From Octopus sinensis (taxonomy: Eukaryota), in NCBI RefSeq assembly GCF_006345805.1, contig NW_021835461.1, positions 1-64,000 on the forward strand: a stretch of DNA of 64,000 nt, in the 5' to 3' direction. Shown in pieces: positions 50,572 to 64,000 of the stretch. The first letter of the stretch is position 1. The number at the start of each line of letters is the position of its first letter. A program made the translations under genes and the position numbers. The notes under the pieces are model-generated. The model was not told the origin of the DNA. It was given only the letters and a program-made list of their open reading frames with translations, and searched no databases.

Positions 50572-51861
50572 AAGACGAATGAGAAGAACAAGAATAATAA
50601 TAATGATAATAATAATAATAATAATAATAATTAGATGAATAAGAAGAACAAGAATAATAATAATAATAAGAAGAAGAAGAATATTAATAAGAATATTAAG
50701 AATAAATAAGAAGAAAAAATGTAATAATAATATTAATAATAAAAATAATAATAATAAGAAGAAGAAGAATAAAAATAATAATAAGAAGAAGAATAAAAAT
50801 TTCCGAAAATCTTACCCAAAATATTTCACCGAAATTTTTCGAAAATTCTTGCCGAAAATTTTACCCAAAAATCTATCGAAAATTTTGCCCAAAAAATTTC
50901 ACCGAAATTTTTTGAAAATTCTCGCCGAAAATTTTACCCCAAAATTTTTGGAAAATTTTCACCAAACTTTTTCGAAAATTTTACTCAAAAATTTTCCGAT
51001 AATTTTTACCGAAAATTTTACACAAAAATTTATCGAAAATTTTGGCCAAAAACTTTACCCAAAAATTTTTCGAAAATTCTAGCCGAAAATTTTACCCAAA
51101 AATTTTTACGGAATTTTTCGAAAATTCTTGCCGAAAATTTTACCCACAAATATTTCGAAAATTGTACCCAAAAATTTTCACCGAAATTTTTCGGAAATTT
51201 TTGCCGAAAATTTTACCCAAAAAGTTTTGAAAAATTTTCACCAAAATTTTTTCGAAAATTCTTGCCGAAAATTTTACCCAAAAATTCACCGAAATTTTTC
51301 GAAAATTCTTGCCGAAAGTTTTACCCACTGATTTTCACCGAAATTTTGCGACAATCTTTGCCGAAAATTTTGCCTAAAAATTTTCAAGCAAATTTCCGTG
51401 CAAATTTTTGGGAAACATTATACCCAAAAATTTCCACCGAAATTTTTCGAAAATTTTACCAAAAATTTTTCCAAAATTTTCAAATTTTGCCAAAGAATTT
51501 TTGCCGAAAAGTTTACCCAAAAATTTTGAACGAAATTTTTTAAAAATTCTTGCCGAAAGTTTTACCCACAAATTTTTCAAAAATTTTACCCAAAAATTTT
51601 CACCGATATATTCCGAAAATTTTTGCCGAAAATTTTACCGAAAAATTTTCAACGAAATTTTTCGAAAATTCTTGCCGAAAATTTTACCCAAAATAGTAAT
51701 AATAATAATAAGGAATAATAGTAATAATAACACCGATAATATAATAATAATAATAATAAGATTAGAATAATAATAATATAATAAGAAGAAGAAGAATAAT
51801 AATAATACTAATAATATTAGTAAGAATAATAATAATAAGAAGAATAAGAATAATAAAGAGA

Positions 51862-51893
<32 letters not shown>

Positions 51894-54363
51894 GGATGAA
51901 TAAGAAGAACAAGATAATAATAATGATAATAATAATAATTAGATGAATAAGAAGAACAAGAATAATAATAATAATAATAATAAGAAGAAGAATATTAATA
52001 AGAATATAAGAATAATAATAATAAGAAAAATTGTAATAATAATATTAATAATAAAAATAATAATAATAAGAAGAAGAATAATAAAAATAATAATAAGAAG
52101 AAGTAGAATAAGAATAAGATAATAATAATAAGACGAAGAAAAAATTTTCAAAGAAAATTTTCCCAAAAATTTTCCCAAAAATTTTCAAATTTTCCCAAAG
52201 AATTTTTCGAAAATTTTACCCAAAAATTTTCACCGATATATTTCGAAAATTTTTGCCGAAAATTTTACCCAAAAATTTTCAACGAAATTTTTGGAAAATT
52301 CTTACCGAATATTTTACCCAAAATAATAATAATAATAATAATAATAAGGAATAATAGTAATAATAACACCGATAATAATAAGATTAATAATAATAATAAT
52401 AATAATACTAATAATATTAATAAGAATAATAATAAGAAGAATAAGAATAATAAAGAGAATAAAAATAATAATAATAAAAATAATAAAAATATAATAATAA
52501 GACGACGAATGAGAAGAACAAGAATAATAATAATGATAAAAATAATAATAATAATAATTAGATGAATAAGAAGAACAAGATAATAATAATAATAATAATA
52601 AGAAGAAGAATATTAATAAGAATATTAAGAATAATAATAAGAAGAAAAATTGTAATAATAATATAATAATAAAAATAATAATAATAATAAGAAGAAGAAT
52701 AAAAATAATAATAAGAAGAAGAATAAAAATTTCCGAAAATTTTACCCAAATATTTCACCGAAATTTTTCGAAAATTCTTGCCGAAAATTTTACCCAAAAA
52801 TCTATCGAAAATTTTGCCCAAAAATTTTCACCGAAATTTTTTGAAAATTCTCGCCGAAAATTTTACCCAAAAATTTTTGGAAAATTTTCACCAAACTTTT
52901 TCGAAAATTTTACTCAAAAATTTTCCGATAATTTTTACCGAAAATTTTACCCAAAAATTTTTCGAAAATTCTAGCCGAAAATTTTACCCAAAAATTTTTA
53001 CCGTAATTTTTCGAAAATTCTTGCCGAAAATTTTACCCACAAATATTTCGAAAATTGTACCCAAAAATTTTCACCGAAATTTTTCGGAAATTTTTGCCGA
53101 AAATTTTACCCAAAAAGTTTTGAAAAATTTTCACCAAAATTTTTCGAAAATTCTTGCCGAAAATTTTACCCAAAAATTTTCACCGAAATTTTTCGAAAAT
53201 TATTGCCGAAAGTTTTACCCACTAATTTTCACCGAAATTTTGCGACAATCTTTGCCGAAAATTTTGCCTAAAAATTTTCAAGCAAATTTTCCGTGCAAAT
53301 TTTTGGGAAACATTATACCCAAAAATTTCCACCGAAATTTTTCGAAAATTTTACCAAAAATTTTTCCAAAATTTTCAAATTTTCCCAAAGAATTTTTGCC
53401 GAAAAGTTTACCCAAAAATTTTGAACGAAATTTTAAAAAAATTCTTGCCGAAAGTTTTACCCACAAATTTTTCAAAAATTTTACCCAAAAATTTTCACCG
53501 ATATATTCCGAAAATTTTTGCCGAAAATTTTACCGAAAAATTTTCAACGAAATTTTTCGAAAATTCTTGCCGAAAATTTTACCCAAAATAGTAATAATAA
53601 TAATAAGGAATAATAGTAATAATAACACCGATAATAATAATAATAATAATAATAAGATTAAGAATAATAATAATAATAATAAGAAGAAGAATAATAATAA
53701 TAATACTAATAATATTAGTAAGAATAATAATAATAAGAAGAATAAGAATAATAAAGAGAATAATGATAATAATAATAATAATAATAATAGGATGAATAAG
53801 AAGAACAAGAATAATAATAATGATAAAAATAATAATAAGAAGAATAAGAATAATAATAAGAAGAATAAGAATAATAATAAGAAGAATATAATAAGAATAT
53901 TAAGAATAATAATAATAAGAAAAATTGTAATAATAATATTAATAATAAAAATAATAATAATAAGAAGAAGAATAATAAAAATAATAATAAGAAGAAGTAG
54001 AATAAGAATAAGATAATAATGATAAGACGAAGAAAAAATTTTCCACGAAAATTTTCCCAAAAATTTTCAAAAATTTTCAAATTTTCCCAAAGAATTTTTC
54101 GAAAATTTTACCCAAAATTTTCACCGATATATTTCGAAAATTTTTGCCGAAAATTTTACCCAAAAATTTTCAACGAAATTTTTGGAAAATTCTTACCGAA
54201 TATTTTACCCAAAATAATATAATAATAATAATAATAGGATAATAGTAATAATAACACCGATAATAATAAGATTAATAATAATAATAATAAATAATACTAA
54301 TAATATTAATAAGAATAATAATAATAAGAAGAATAAGAATAATAAAGAGAATAATAATAATAA

Positions 54364-54394
<31 letters not shown>

Positions 54395-55170
54395 AAGACG
54401 AATGAGAAGAACAAGAATAATAATAATGATAATAATAATAATAATAATAATAATTAGATGAATAAGAAGAACAAGAATAATAATAATAATAAGAAGAAGA
54501 AGAATATTAATAAGAATATTAAGAATAATAATAAGAAGAAAAATTGTAATAATAATATTAATAATAAAAATAATAATAATAAGAAGAAGAAGAATAAAAA
54601 TAATAATAAGAAGAAAAAGAATAAGATAATAATAATAAGACAAAGAAAAATAATAATAATAAGAATAATAATACTAAGAAGAAGAAGAAGAATATAATAA
54701 GAATATTAAGAATAATAATATAATAATAATAATATAATAATAATAATAATAATAATAAAAAAATAATAATAAGAAGAAGATAATAAAAATAATAATAAGA
54801 AGAAGAAGTAGAATAAGAATAAGATAATAATAATAAGACGAAGAAAAAATTTTCAAAGAAAATTTTCCCAAAAATTTTCCCAAAATTTTCAAATTTTCCC
54901 AAAGAATTTTTCGAAAATTTTACCCAAAAATTTTCACCGATATATTTCGAAAATTTTTGCCGAAAATTTTACCCAAAAATTTTCAACGAATTTTTGGAAA
55001 ATTCTTACCGAATATTTTACCCAAAATAATAATAATAATAATAATAATAAGGAATAATAGTAATAATAACACCGATAATAATAAGATTAAGAATAATAAT
55101 AATAATAATACTAATAATATTAATAAGAATATAATAAGAAGAATAAGAATAATAAAGAGAATAAAAATAA

Positions 55171-55201
<31 letters not shown>

Positions 55202-58200
55202 AAGACGAATGAGAAGAACAAGAATAATAATAATGATAAAAATAATAATAAAAATAATTAGATGAATAAGAAGAACAAGAATAATAATAATAATAATATA
55301 AGAAGAAGAATATTAATAAGAATATTAAGAATAATAATAAGAAGAAGAAGAATATAATAAGAATATAAGAATAATAATAATAATAATAATAATAATAAGA
55401 AGAAGAATAAAAATAATAATAAGAAGAAGAATAAAAATTTCCGAAAATTTTACCCAAATATTTCACCGAAATTTTTCGAAAATTCTTGCCGAAAATTTTA
55501 CCGAAAATTTTACCCAAAAATCTATCGAAAATTTTGCCCAAAAATTTTCACCGAAATTTTTTGAAAATTCTCGCCGAAAATTTTACCCAAAAATTTTTGG
55601 AAAATTTTCACCAAACTTTTTCGAAAATTTTACTCAAAAATTTTCCGATAATTTTTACCGAAAATTTTACCCAAAAATTTTTCGAAAATTCTAGCCGAAA
55701 ATTTTACCCAAAAATTTTTACCGTAATTTTTCGAAAATTCTTGCCGAAAATTTTACCCACAAATATTTCGAAAATTGTACCCAAAAATTTTCACCGAAAT
55801 TTTTCGGAAATTTTTGCCGAAAATTTTACCCAAAAAGTTTTGAAAAATTTTCACCAAAATTTTTCGAAAATTCTTGCCGAAAATTTTACCCAAAAATTTT
55901 CACCGAAATTTTTCGAAAATTATTGCCGAAAGTTTTACCCACTAATTTTCACCGAAATTTTGCGACAATCTTTGCCGAAAATTTTGCCTAAAAATTTTCA
56001 AGCAAATTTTCCGTGCAAATTTTTGGGAAACATTATACCAAAAATTTCCACCGAAATTTTTCGAAAATTTTACCAAAAATTTTTCCAAAATTTTCAAATT
56101 TTCCCAAAGAATTTTGCCGAAAAGTTTACCCAAAAATTTTGAACGAAATTTTAAAAAAATTCTTGCCGAAAATTTTACCCAAAAATTTTTCGAAAATTTT
56201 ACCCAAAAATTTTCACCGATATATTCCGAAAATTTTTGCCGAAAATTTTACCGAAAAATTTTCAACGAAATTTTTCGAAAATTCTTGCCGAAAATTTTAC
56301 CCAAAATAGTAATAATAATAATAATAAGGAATAATAGTAATAATAACACCGATAATAATAATAATAATAATAATAAGATTAAGAATAATAATAATAATAA
56401 TAAGAAGAAGAATAATAATAATAATACTAATAATATTAGTAAGAATAATAATAATAAGAAGAATAAGAATAATAAAGAGAATAATGATAATAATAATAAT
56501 AATAATAGGATGAATAAGAAGAACAAGAATAAGAATAATAATAATGATAATAATAATAATTAGATGAATAAGAAGAACAAGAATAAGAATAATAATAATA
56601 ATAATAAGAAGAATATTAATAAGAATATTAAGAATAATAATAAGAAGAAAAATTGTAATAATAATATTAATAATAAAAAAATAATAATATAAGAAGAAGA
56701 ATAATAAAAATAATAATAAGAAGAAGTAGAATAAGAATAAGATAATAATAATAATAATAAGACGAAGAAAAAATTTTCCACGAAAATTTTCCCAAAAATT
56801 TTCAAAAATTTTCAAATTTTCCCAAAGAATTTTTCGAAAATTTTACCCAAAAATTTTCACCGATATATTTCGAAAATTTTTGCCGAAAATTTTACCCAAA
56901 AATTTTCAACGAAATTTTTGGAAAATTCTTACCGAATATTTTACCCAAAATAATAATAAAAATAATAATAATAAGGAATAATAGTAATAATAACACCGAT
57001 AATAATAAGATTAATAATAATAATAATAATAATAATACTAATAATATTAATAAGAATAATAATAATAAGAAGAATAAGAATAATAAAGAGAATAATAATA
57101 ATAATAATAATAAAAATAATAATAATAATAATAAGACGAATGAGAAGAACAAGAATAATAATAATGATAATAATAATAATAATAATAATAATTAGATGAA
57201 TAAGAAGAACAGAATAATAATAATAAGAAGAAGAAGAAGAATATTAATAAGAAATTAAGAATAATAATAAGAAGAAAAATTGTAATAATAATATTAATAA
57301 TAAAAATAATAATAATAAGAAGAAGAAGAAGAAATAAAAAATAATAATAATAAAGAAGAAAAAGAATAATAATAATAATAAGACAAGAGAAAAATAATAA
57401 TAATAAGAATAATAATACTAAGAAGAAGAAGAAGATAAATAATAATAAGCATAATAATAATAATAAATAATATTAATAATAATATAATAATAATAAAAAT
57501 AATAAAAAGTAGAACAATAAGAATAATATAATAATAATAATAGTAATAATAATGAAATAATAATATAAGAATAATAAGAATAAAAAGAAAGATAATAATA
57601 AAAAATAATTACAAGAAGAATAATAAAAATTTCCGAAAATTTTACCCAAAAAATTTCACCGAAATTTTTCGAAAATTCTTGCCGAAAATTTTACCCCAAA
57701 AATCTATCGAAAATTTTGCCCAAAAAATTTCACCTAAATTTTTCGAAAATTCCTGCCGAAAATTTTACCCACAAAGTTTTCGAAAATTTTACCCAAAAAT
57801 TTTCAACCCGAAATATTTCGAAAATTTTTGCCGAAAATTTTACCCAAAAATTTTTCGAAAATTTTTGCCGAAAATTTTACCCAAAAATTTTTCGAAAATT
57901 GTTGCCGAAAATTTTACCGAAAAATTTTTACGGAAATTTTTCGAAAATTCTCTTTTTGGGTAAAATTTTACCCACAAATATTTTGAAAATTGTACCCAAA
58001 AATTTCACCACCGAAATTTTTCGGAAAATTTTACCCAAAAATTTTTGAAAAATTTTAACGAAAATTTTTTCGAAAATTGTTGCCGAAAATTTTACCCAAA
58101 AATTTTCACCGAAATTTTTCGAAAATTCTTGCCGAAAGTTTTACCCACAAATTTTCACCGAAATTTTTCGAAAATCTTTGCCGAAAATTTTGCCCAAAAA

Positions 58201-60868
58201 TTTTCAACCAAATTTTCCGTGCAAATTTTTGAGAAAAATTTTACCCAAAAATTTCCAACGAAATTTTTCGAAAATTTTACCAAGAATTTTTCCAAAATTT
58301 TCAAATTTTCCCAAAGAATTTTTGCCGAAAAGTTTACCCAAAAATTTGAACAAATTTTAAAAAAATTCTTGCCGAAAGTTTTACCCACAAATTTTTCAAA
58401 AATTTTACCCAAAAATTTTCACCGATATATTCCGAAAATTTTTGCCGAAAATTTTACCGAAAAATTTTCAACGAAATTTTTCGAAAATTCTTGCCGAAAA
58501 TTTTACCCAAAATAGTAATAATAATAATAAGGAATAATAGTAATAATAACACCGATAATAATAATAATAATAATAATAAGATTAAGAATAATAATAATAA
58601 TAATAAGAAGAAGAATAATAATAATAATACTAATAATATTAGTAAGAATAATAATAAGAAGAAGAATAAGAATAATAAAGAGAATAATGATAATAATAAT
58701 AATAATAATAGGATGAATAAGAAGAACAAGAATAATAATAATGATAATAATAATAATTAGATGAATAAGAAGAACAAGAATAAGAATAATAATAATAAGA
58801 AGAAGAATATTAATAAGAATATTAAGAATAATAATAATAAGAAAAATTGTAATAATAATATTAATAATAAAATAATAATAATAAGAAGAAGAATAATAAA
58901 AATAATAATAAGAAGAAGTAGAATAAGAATAAGATAATAATGATAAGACAGACGAAGAAAAAATTTTCCACGAAAATTTTCCCAAAAATTTTCAAAAATT
59001 TTCAAATTTTCCCAAAGAATTTTTCGAAATTTTACCCAAAAAATTTTCACCGATATATTTCGAAAATTTTTGCCGAAAATTTTACCCAAAAATTTTCAAC
59101 GAAATTTTTGGAAAATTCTTACCGAATATTTTACCCAAAATAATAATAATAATAATAATAATAATAAGGAATAATAGTAATAATAACACCGATAATAATA
59201 AGATTAATAATAATATAATAATATAATACTAATAATATTAATAAGAATAATAATAATAAGAAGAATAAGAATAATAAAGAGAATAATAATAATAATAATA
59301 ATAAAAATAATAATAATAATAATAAGACGAATGAGAAGAACAAGAATAATAATAATGATAATAATAATAATCAAATAATAATTAGATGAATATAAGAAGA
59401 ACAGAATAAATCATATAATAATAATAAGAAGAAGAATATTAATAAGAATAATAAGAAAATAATAAGAAGAAAAATTGTAATAATAATATTAATAATAAAA
59501 ATAATAATAATAAGAGAGAAGAAGAATAAAAATAATAATAAGAAGAAAAAGAATAAAGATATAATAATAAGACAAAGAAAATAATAATAATAAGAATAAT
59601 AATACTAAGAGAAGAAGAAGATAAATAATAATAAGCATAACAATAATAATAATAATAATAATATTAATAATAATAATAATAATAATAAAATATAAAAAGC
59701 AGAACAATAAGAATAATATAATAATAATAGTAATAATAATAATGAAATAATAATAATAAGAATAATAAGAATAAAAAGAAAGATAATAATAAAAATAATT
59801 ACAAGAAGAATAATAAAAATTTCCGAAAATTTTACCCAAAAAATTTCACCGAAATTTTTCGAAAATTCTTGCCGAAAATTTTACCCAAAAATCTATCGAA
59901 AATTTTGCCCAAAAAATTTCACCTAAATTTTTCGAAAATTCCTGCCGAAAATTTTACCCACAAAGTTTTCGAAATTTTACCCAAAAATTTTCACCGAAAT
60001 ATTTCGAAAATTTTTGCCGAAAATTTTACCCAAAAATTTTTCGAAAATTTTTGCCGAAAATTTTACCCAAAAATTTTTCGAAAATTGTTGCCGAAAATTT
60101 TACCGAAAAATTTTTACGGAAATTTTTCGAAAATTCTCTTTTTGGGTAAAATTTTACCCACAAATATTTTGAAAATTGTACCCAAAAATTTTCACCGAAA
60201 TTTTTCGGAAAATTTTACCCAAAAATTTTTGAAAAATTTTCACGAAAATTTTTTCGAAAATTGTTGCCGAAAATTTTACCCAAAAATTTTCACCGAAATT
60301 TTTCGAAAATTCTTGCCGAAAGTTTTACCCACGAATTTTCACCGAAATTTTTCGAAAATCTTTGCCGAAAATTTTGCCCAAAAATTTTCAACCAAATTTT
60401 CCGTGCAAATTTTTGAGAAAAATTTTACCCAAAAATTTCCAACGAAATTTTTCGAAAATTTTACCAAGAATTTTTCCAAAATTTTCAAATTTTCCCAAAG
60501 AATTTTTGCCGAAAAGTTTACCCAAAAATTTTAAACGAAATTTTTTGAAAATTCTTTCCGAAAGTTTTACCCACAAATTTTTCAAAAATTTTCACAGAAA
60601 TTTTTCGAAAATTCTTGCCAGAAATTTTACCCAAAAATTTTCACCGAAATTTTTACAAAATTTTTTCGGAAAATTTTACCCCAAAAATTGCACCGAAATT
60701 TTTCGAATATTCTTGCCGAAAATTTTACCCAAAAATTTATCGAAAATTTTGGCCATAAATTTTCACCGAAATTTTTCGAAAATTTTTGCCGAAAATTTTA
60801 CCCAAAAATTTTTCGAAAGTTTGCACGGAAAATTTACACCGAAATTTTTCGAAAATTTTATCCAAAAA
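40375..60868. repeat. Composite satellite with 1.9-2.8-kb higher-order repeat of A/T-tract blocks and AAT/AAG blocks
   Basis: Basic composite gaaaattttaccc-aaaaattttcacc-gaaatttttc-gaaaattcttgcc (49 bp). Marker tctatcgaaa at 43426, 46207, 48956, 50872, 52801, 55521, 57703, 59892. Confidence 0.95.
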
Positions 60869-61104
60869 TAATATTATATGAATAATAGTAATAATAACAC
60901 AATAATAATACTGATAAATATAATAAGATTAATAATAGTAATAATAATAATAATAATAATAACAAGAATAATAATAATAATACGAAGAGAAGAAGAATAA
61001 GTAGATGAAGAAGAAGATGAATAATAATAATAATAATAATAAGAAGAAGAAGAATAAGAATTATAATAATAATAATACTAATAACAATAATGATAATAAT
61101 AATG

Positions 61105-61137
<33 letters not shown>

Positions 61138-61857
61138 GAAGAAGAAGAAGAAAAAAAGAATGAGAATAATAATAATAATAATAGTAATAATAAAATTAAT
61201 AATAAGATTAAGAAAAAAGAATAACAATAATAAAATAATAATAAGAAGAAGAAGAATAAGAATAGTAATAATAATAATGATAAAAATAATAGTAATAATA
61301 ATTATAATAATAACAAAAATAATAATAAGAAGAAGAATAGGAATAATAATAAGAATAATTATAATAATAAGAAGAAAAAATAATTATAATAAGAATAATA
61401 AGAATTAAATAATAATATATATAATAATAAAACTTATAATAAAAGAAGAATAAGAAAAATCATAATAATAATAATAATAATGATAATAATACTAATAATA
61501 TTCAGAATAATAATAATAATAATAATAATAATGATAAGAATAAGAATAATAAAAATAAGAAGAATGAAAAGAATAATAATAATATAATAATTATAATAAG
61601 AATAAAATAAGAATAATAGTAATAATAGCAATAACAATAATAATAAAAAAAATATTAAGATTAAGAATAAGAATAATTCTAATAATAATAATAATAATAA
61701 TAATAAGACTAATAATAATCAGAAGAAGAAGTAGAAGTAGAATAAGAATAATAATAAGAAAAATAATAATAAAAATAATAAGAAGAAGAATAAAAAGAAT
61801 AATAATAATAATAATAAAAATAATAGTAATAATAACAATAATAAAAATAATAATAAG

Positions 61858-61901
<44 letters not shown>

Positions 61902-62661
61902 GAAGAAGAATAATAATAATAATGAGAAGAAGAATAAGAATAGTAATAATAATAATGATAATAATAATCATAAGACGAATAATAATAATAATAAGAAGAA
62001 GAAGAATACGAAAAAGAAGGAGAATAAGAATACCAATTATAATAATAATAATAAGAAGAAGAAGAAGAAGAATAATAAGAATAAGAATAATAATAATAAT
62101 AAAATAATAAGAAGAAGAATAGAAAGAATGAGAATAATAGTAATAATAATAATAAAAATAATAATAAGAAGAAGAATAAAAATAATACTAATAATATTTA
62201 AATAATAATAATAACAATAAAAAGAATAATGATGATAAAAATAATTGACACGTAAAAGCACTCACTACACTCTCGGAGTGGTTAGCGTTAGAAAGGGTAT
62301 CCAGCTGTAGAAACACTGCCAGATCTGACTGGCGTGGTGCAGCCTTCAGGCTCCCCAGACCCTAGTTGAACCGTCCAACCCATGCTAGGATGGAAAGCGG
62401 ACGTTAAATGATGATGATGATGAATAAGAAGAATAAAAAGAATAATAATAATAATAATAATAATGAGAATAATAGTGATAATAACAATAATAAGATAAAT
62501 AATAATATTAAGTTTAATATTAATAAGTCGAATAAGAATAATAATAATAATAATAATATTAATAATAATAATAATAATAACAATAATAATAATAATAAGA
62601 AGAAGAATAATAATAAGAATAATAATAATAATGATAATAAGAAGAAGAATAAAAAGAATGA

Positions 62662-62699
<38 letters not shown>

Positions 62700-64000
62700 G
62701 TAATAAAAATAATAATAAGATTAAGAAGAAAGAGAATAACAATAATAAAAAATAATAATAATGATACTAATAATAGTAATAATAATAATAATAAATAATA
62801 ATAATAATAAGAAGAAGAAGAATAGGAATAATACTAAGAATAATAATAATAAGAAGAAAATAAGTATAATAAGAATAGTAAGAATAATAATAATAATATT
62901 AATAATAAAAATAATAATAAGAAGAAGAATTAGAAAAATAATGATAATAATAATAATAATAATACAAATAATATTAAGAATAATAATAATAATAATGATA
63001 AGACGAAGAATAATAATAATAAGAAGAAGAAGTAGAAGTAGAATAATATTAAGAAGAAGAAGAATATAATAATAATAATAATAATAAATAATAATAATAA
63101 AAATAATAATAATAATGATACTAATAATAGTAATAATAATAATAATAATAAAAATAATATAAGAAGAAGAAGAATAGGAATAATACTAAGAATAATAATA
63201 ATAAGAAGAAAATAAGTATAATAAGAATAGTAAGAATAATAATATAATAATTATAATAATAATAATAATAATAAGAAGAAGAATTAGAAAAATAATGATA
63301 ATAATAATAATAATAATACAAATAATATTAAGAATAATAATAATAATAATGATAAGACGAAGAATAATAAATAATAATAAGAAGAAGAAGAAGTAGAAGT
63401 AGAATAATAAGAAGAAGAAGAATATAATAATAATAATAATAATAACAATAATAAAAATAATTATAAGAAGAAGAAAAAGAATAAGAAGAATAATAATAAG
63501 AATAATAGTAAGAATAAAAATAATAAAAATAATAATACTAATAATAAGATTAAGAATAAGAATAATAATAATAAAAATAATAGGAATAATAATCATAATA
63601 CGAAGAAGAATAATAAATATAATGAGAAGAAGAAGAGGAAGATGAATAAAAAGAATAATAATTATAATAATAATCATAATAATGATAAGAAGAATAAGAA
63701 TGGTAGTAATATTAATGATAATAATAATAATAATAATAATAAGAAGAATAAGAATAATAATAAAAATAATAATATTAATAAAAATCATAAGAAGAATAGA
63801 AAGAATAATAATAATAATAATAAAAATAATAATAAGATTAGGAAGAATAAGAATAATAATAATAATATAATAATATTAAGAAGAAGAAGGAGAAGAATAA
63901 GAAGAAAAAAATAATAATAATAAGAAGAATATTAAGAATAATAATATAATAATAGTAATAAAAATAATAATAAGAATAATAAGAGTAATAATATTAATAA
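60869..64000. repeat. AAT/AAG low-complexity block (outer type), running off the window
   Basis: Shares the variant string aaaaagaatgagaataat...gtaataa...aagattaagaa with 37693. Confidence 0.93.
62247..62422 (+). mobile_element. 5'-truncated RTE-tailed SINE inside the AAT block
   Basis: cactacactctcggagtggttagcgttagaaagggtatccagctgtagaaac...ggaaagcggacgttaaatgatgatg. Confidence 0.9.

Noticed and set aside
40375-60868. Heat-shock element array
   Set aside because: Only two-pentamer GAAaaTTC matches occur; TTC and GAA in TTTTCGAAAA lack the 2-bp spacing needed for a three-unit HSE.
40543-60885. Many long ORFs such as 41755-42792, 43549-44469 and 52778-54016 (PKILPKNF.../NNNKK...)
   Set aside because: They are translations of stop-poor satellite frames, occur in several frames and on both strands, and show no domain or splice evidence.

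Overview
AT-rich eukaryotic genomic DNA. The SINE and LINE content looks like octopus/cephalopod, which is my recognition of the repeat families, not a database result. The first ~35 kb is a transposon graveyard: tRNA-headed and RTE-tailed SINEs, R4/Dong, CR1, CRE and Penelope relics, Helitron pieces, hAT/Buster transposases and MITEs. It hosts three minus-strand coding exons (15525-15722, 13740-13976, 8840-9071) of a PARP14-like tandem-RRM protein; the third exon has two 1-nt frameshifts and the rest of the gene lies left of the window. From ~35.1 kb to the end the window is a composite satellite. Blocks of ~10-13-bp A-tract/T-tract units (~49-bp composite, rich in TTTTCGAAAA) alternate with AAT/AAG blocks carrying fixed variant motifs, forming a 1.9-2.8-kb higher-order repeat with internal fold-backs and a probable 2.15-kb inversion. 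Other notable signals are a perfect 128-bp palindrome joined to an inverted templated copy, a microhomology-flanked templated insertion, a candidate minimal hammerhead ribozyme in a Penelope LTR, and SINEs with expandable hairpin-bearing 5' repeat modules. Nearly all long ORFs in the supplied track are repeat artefacts.
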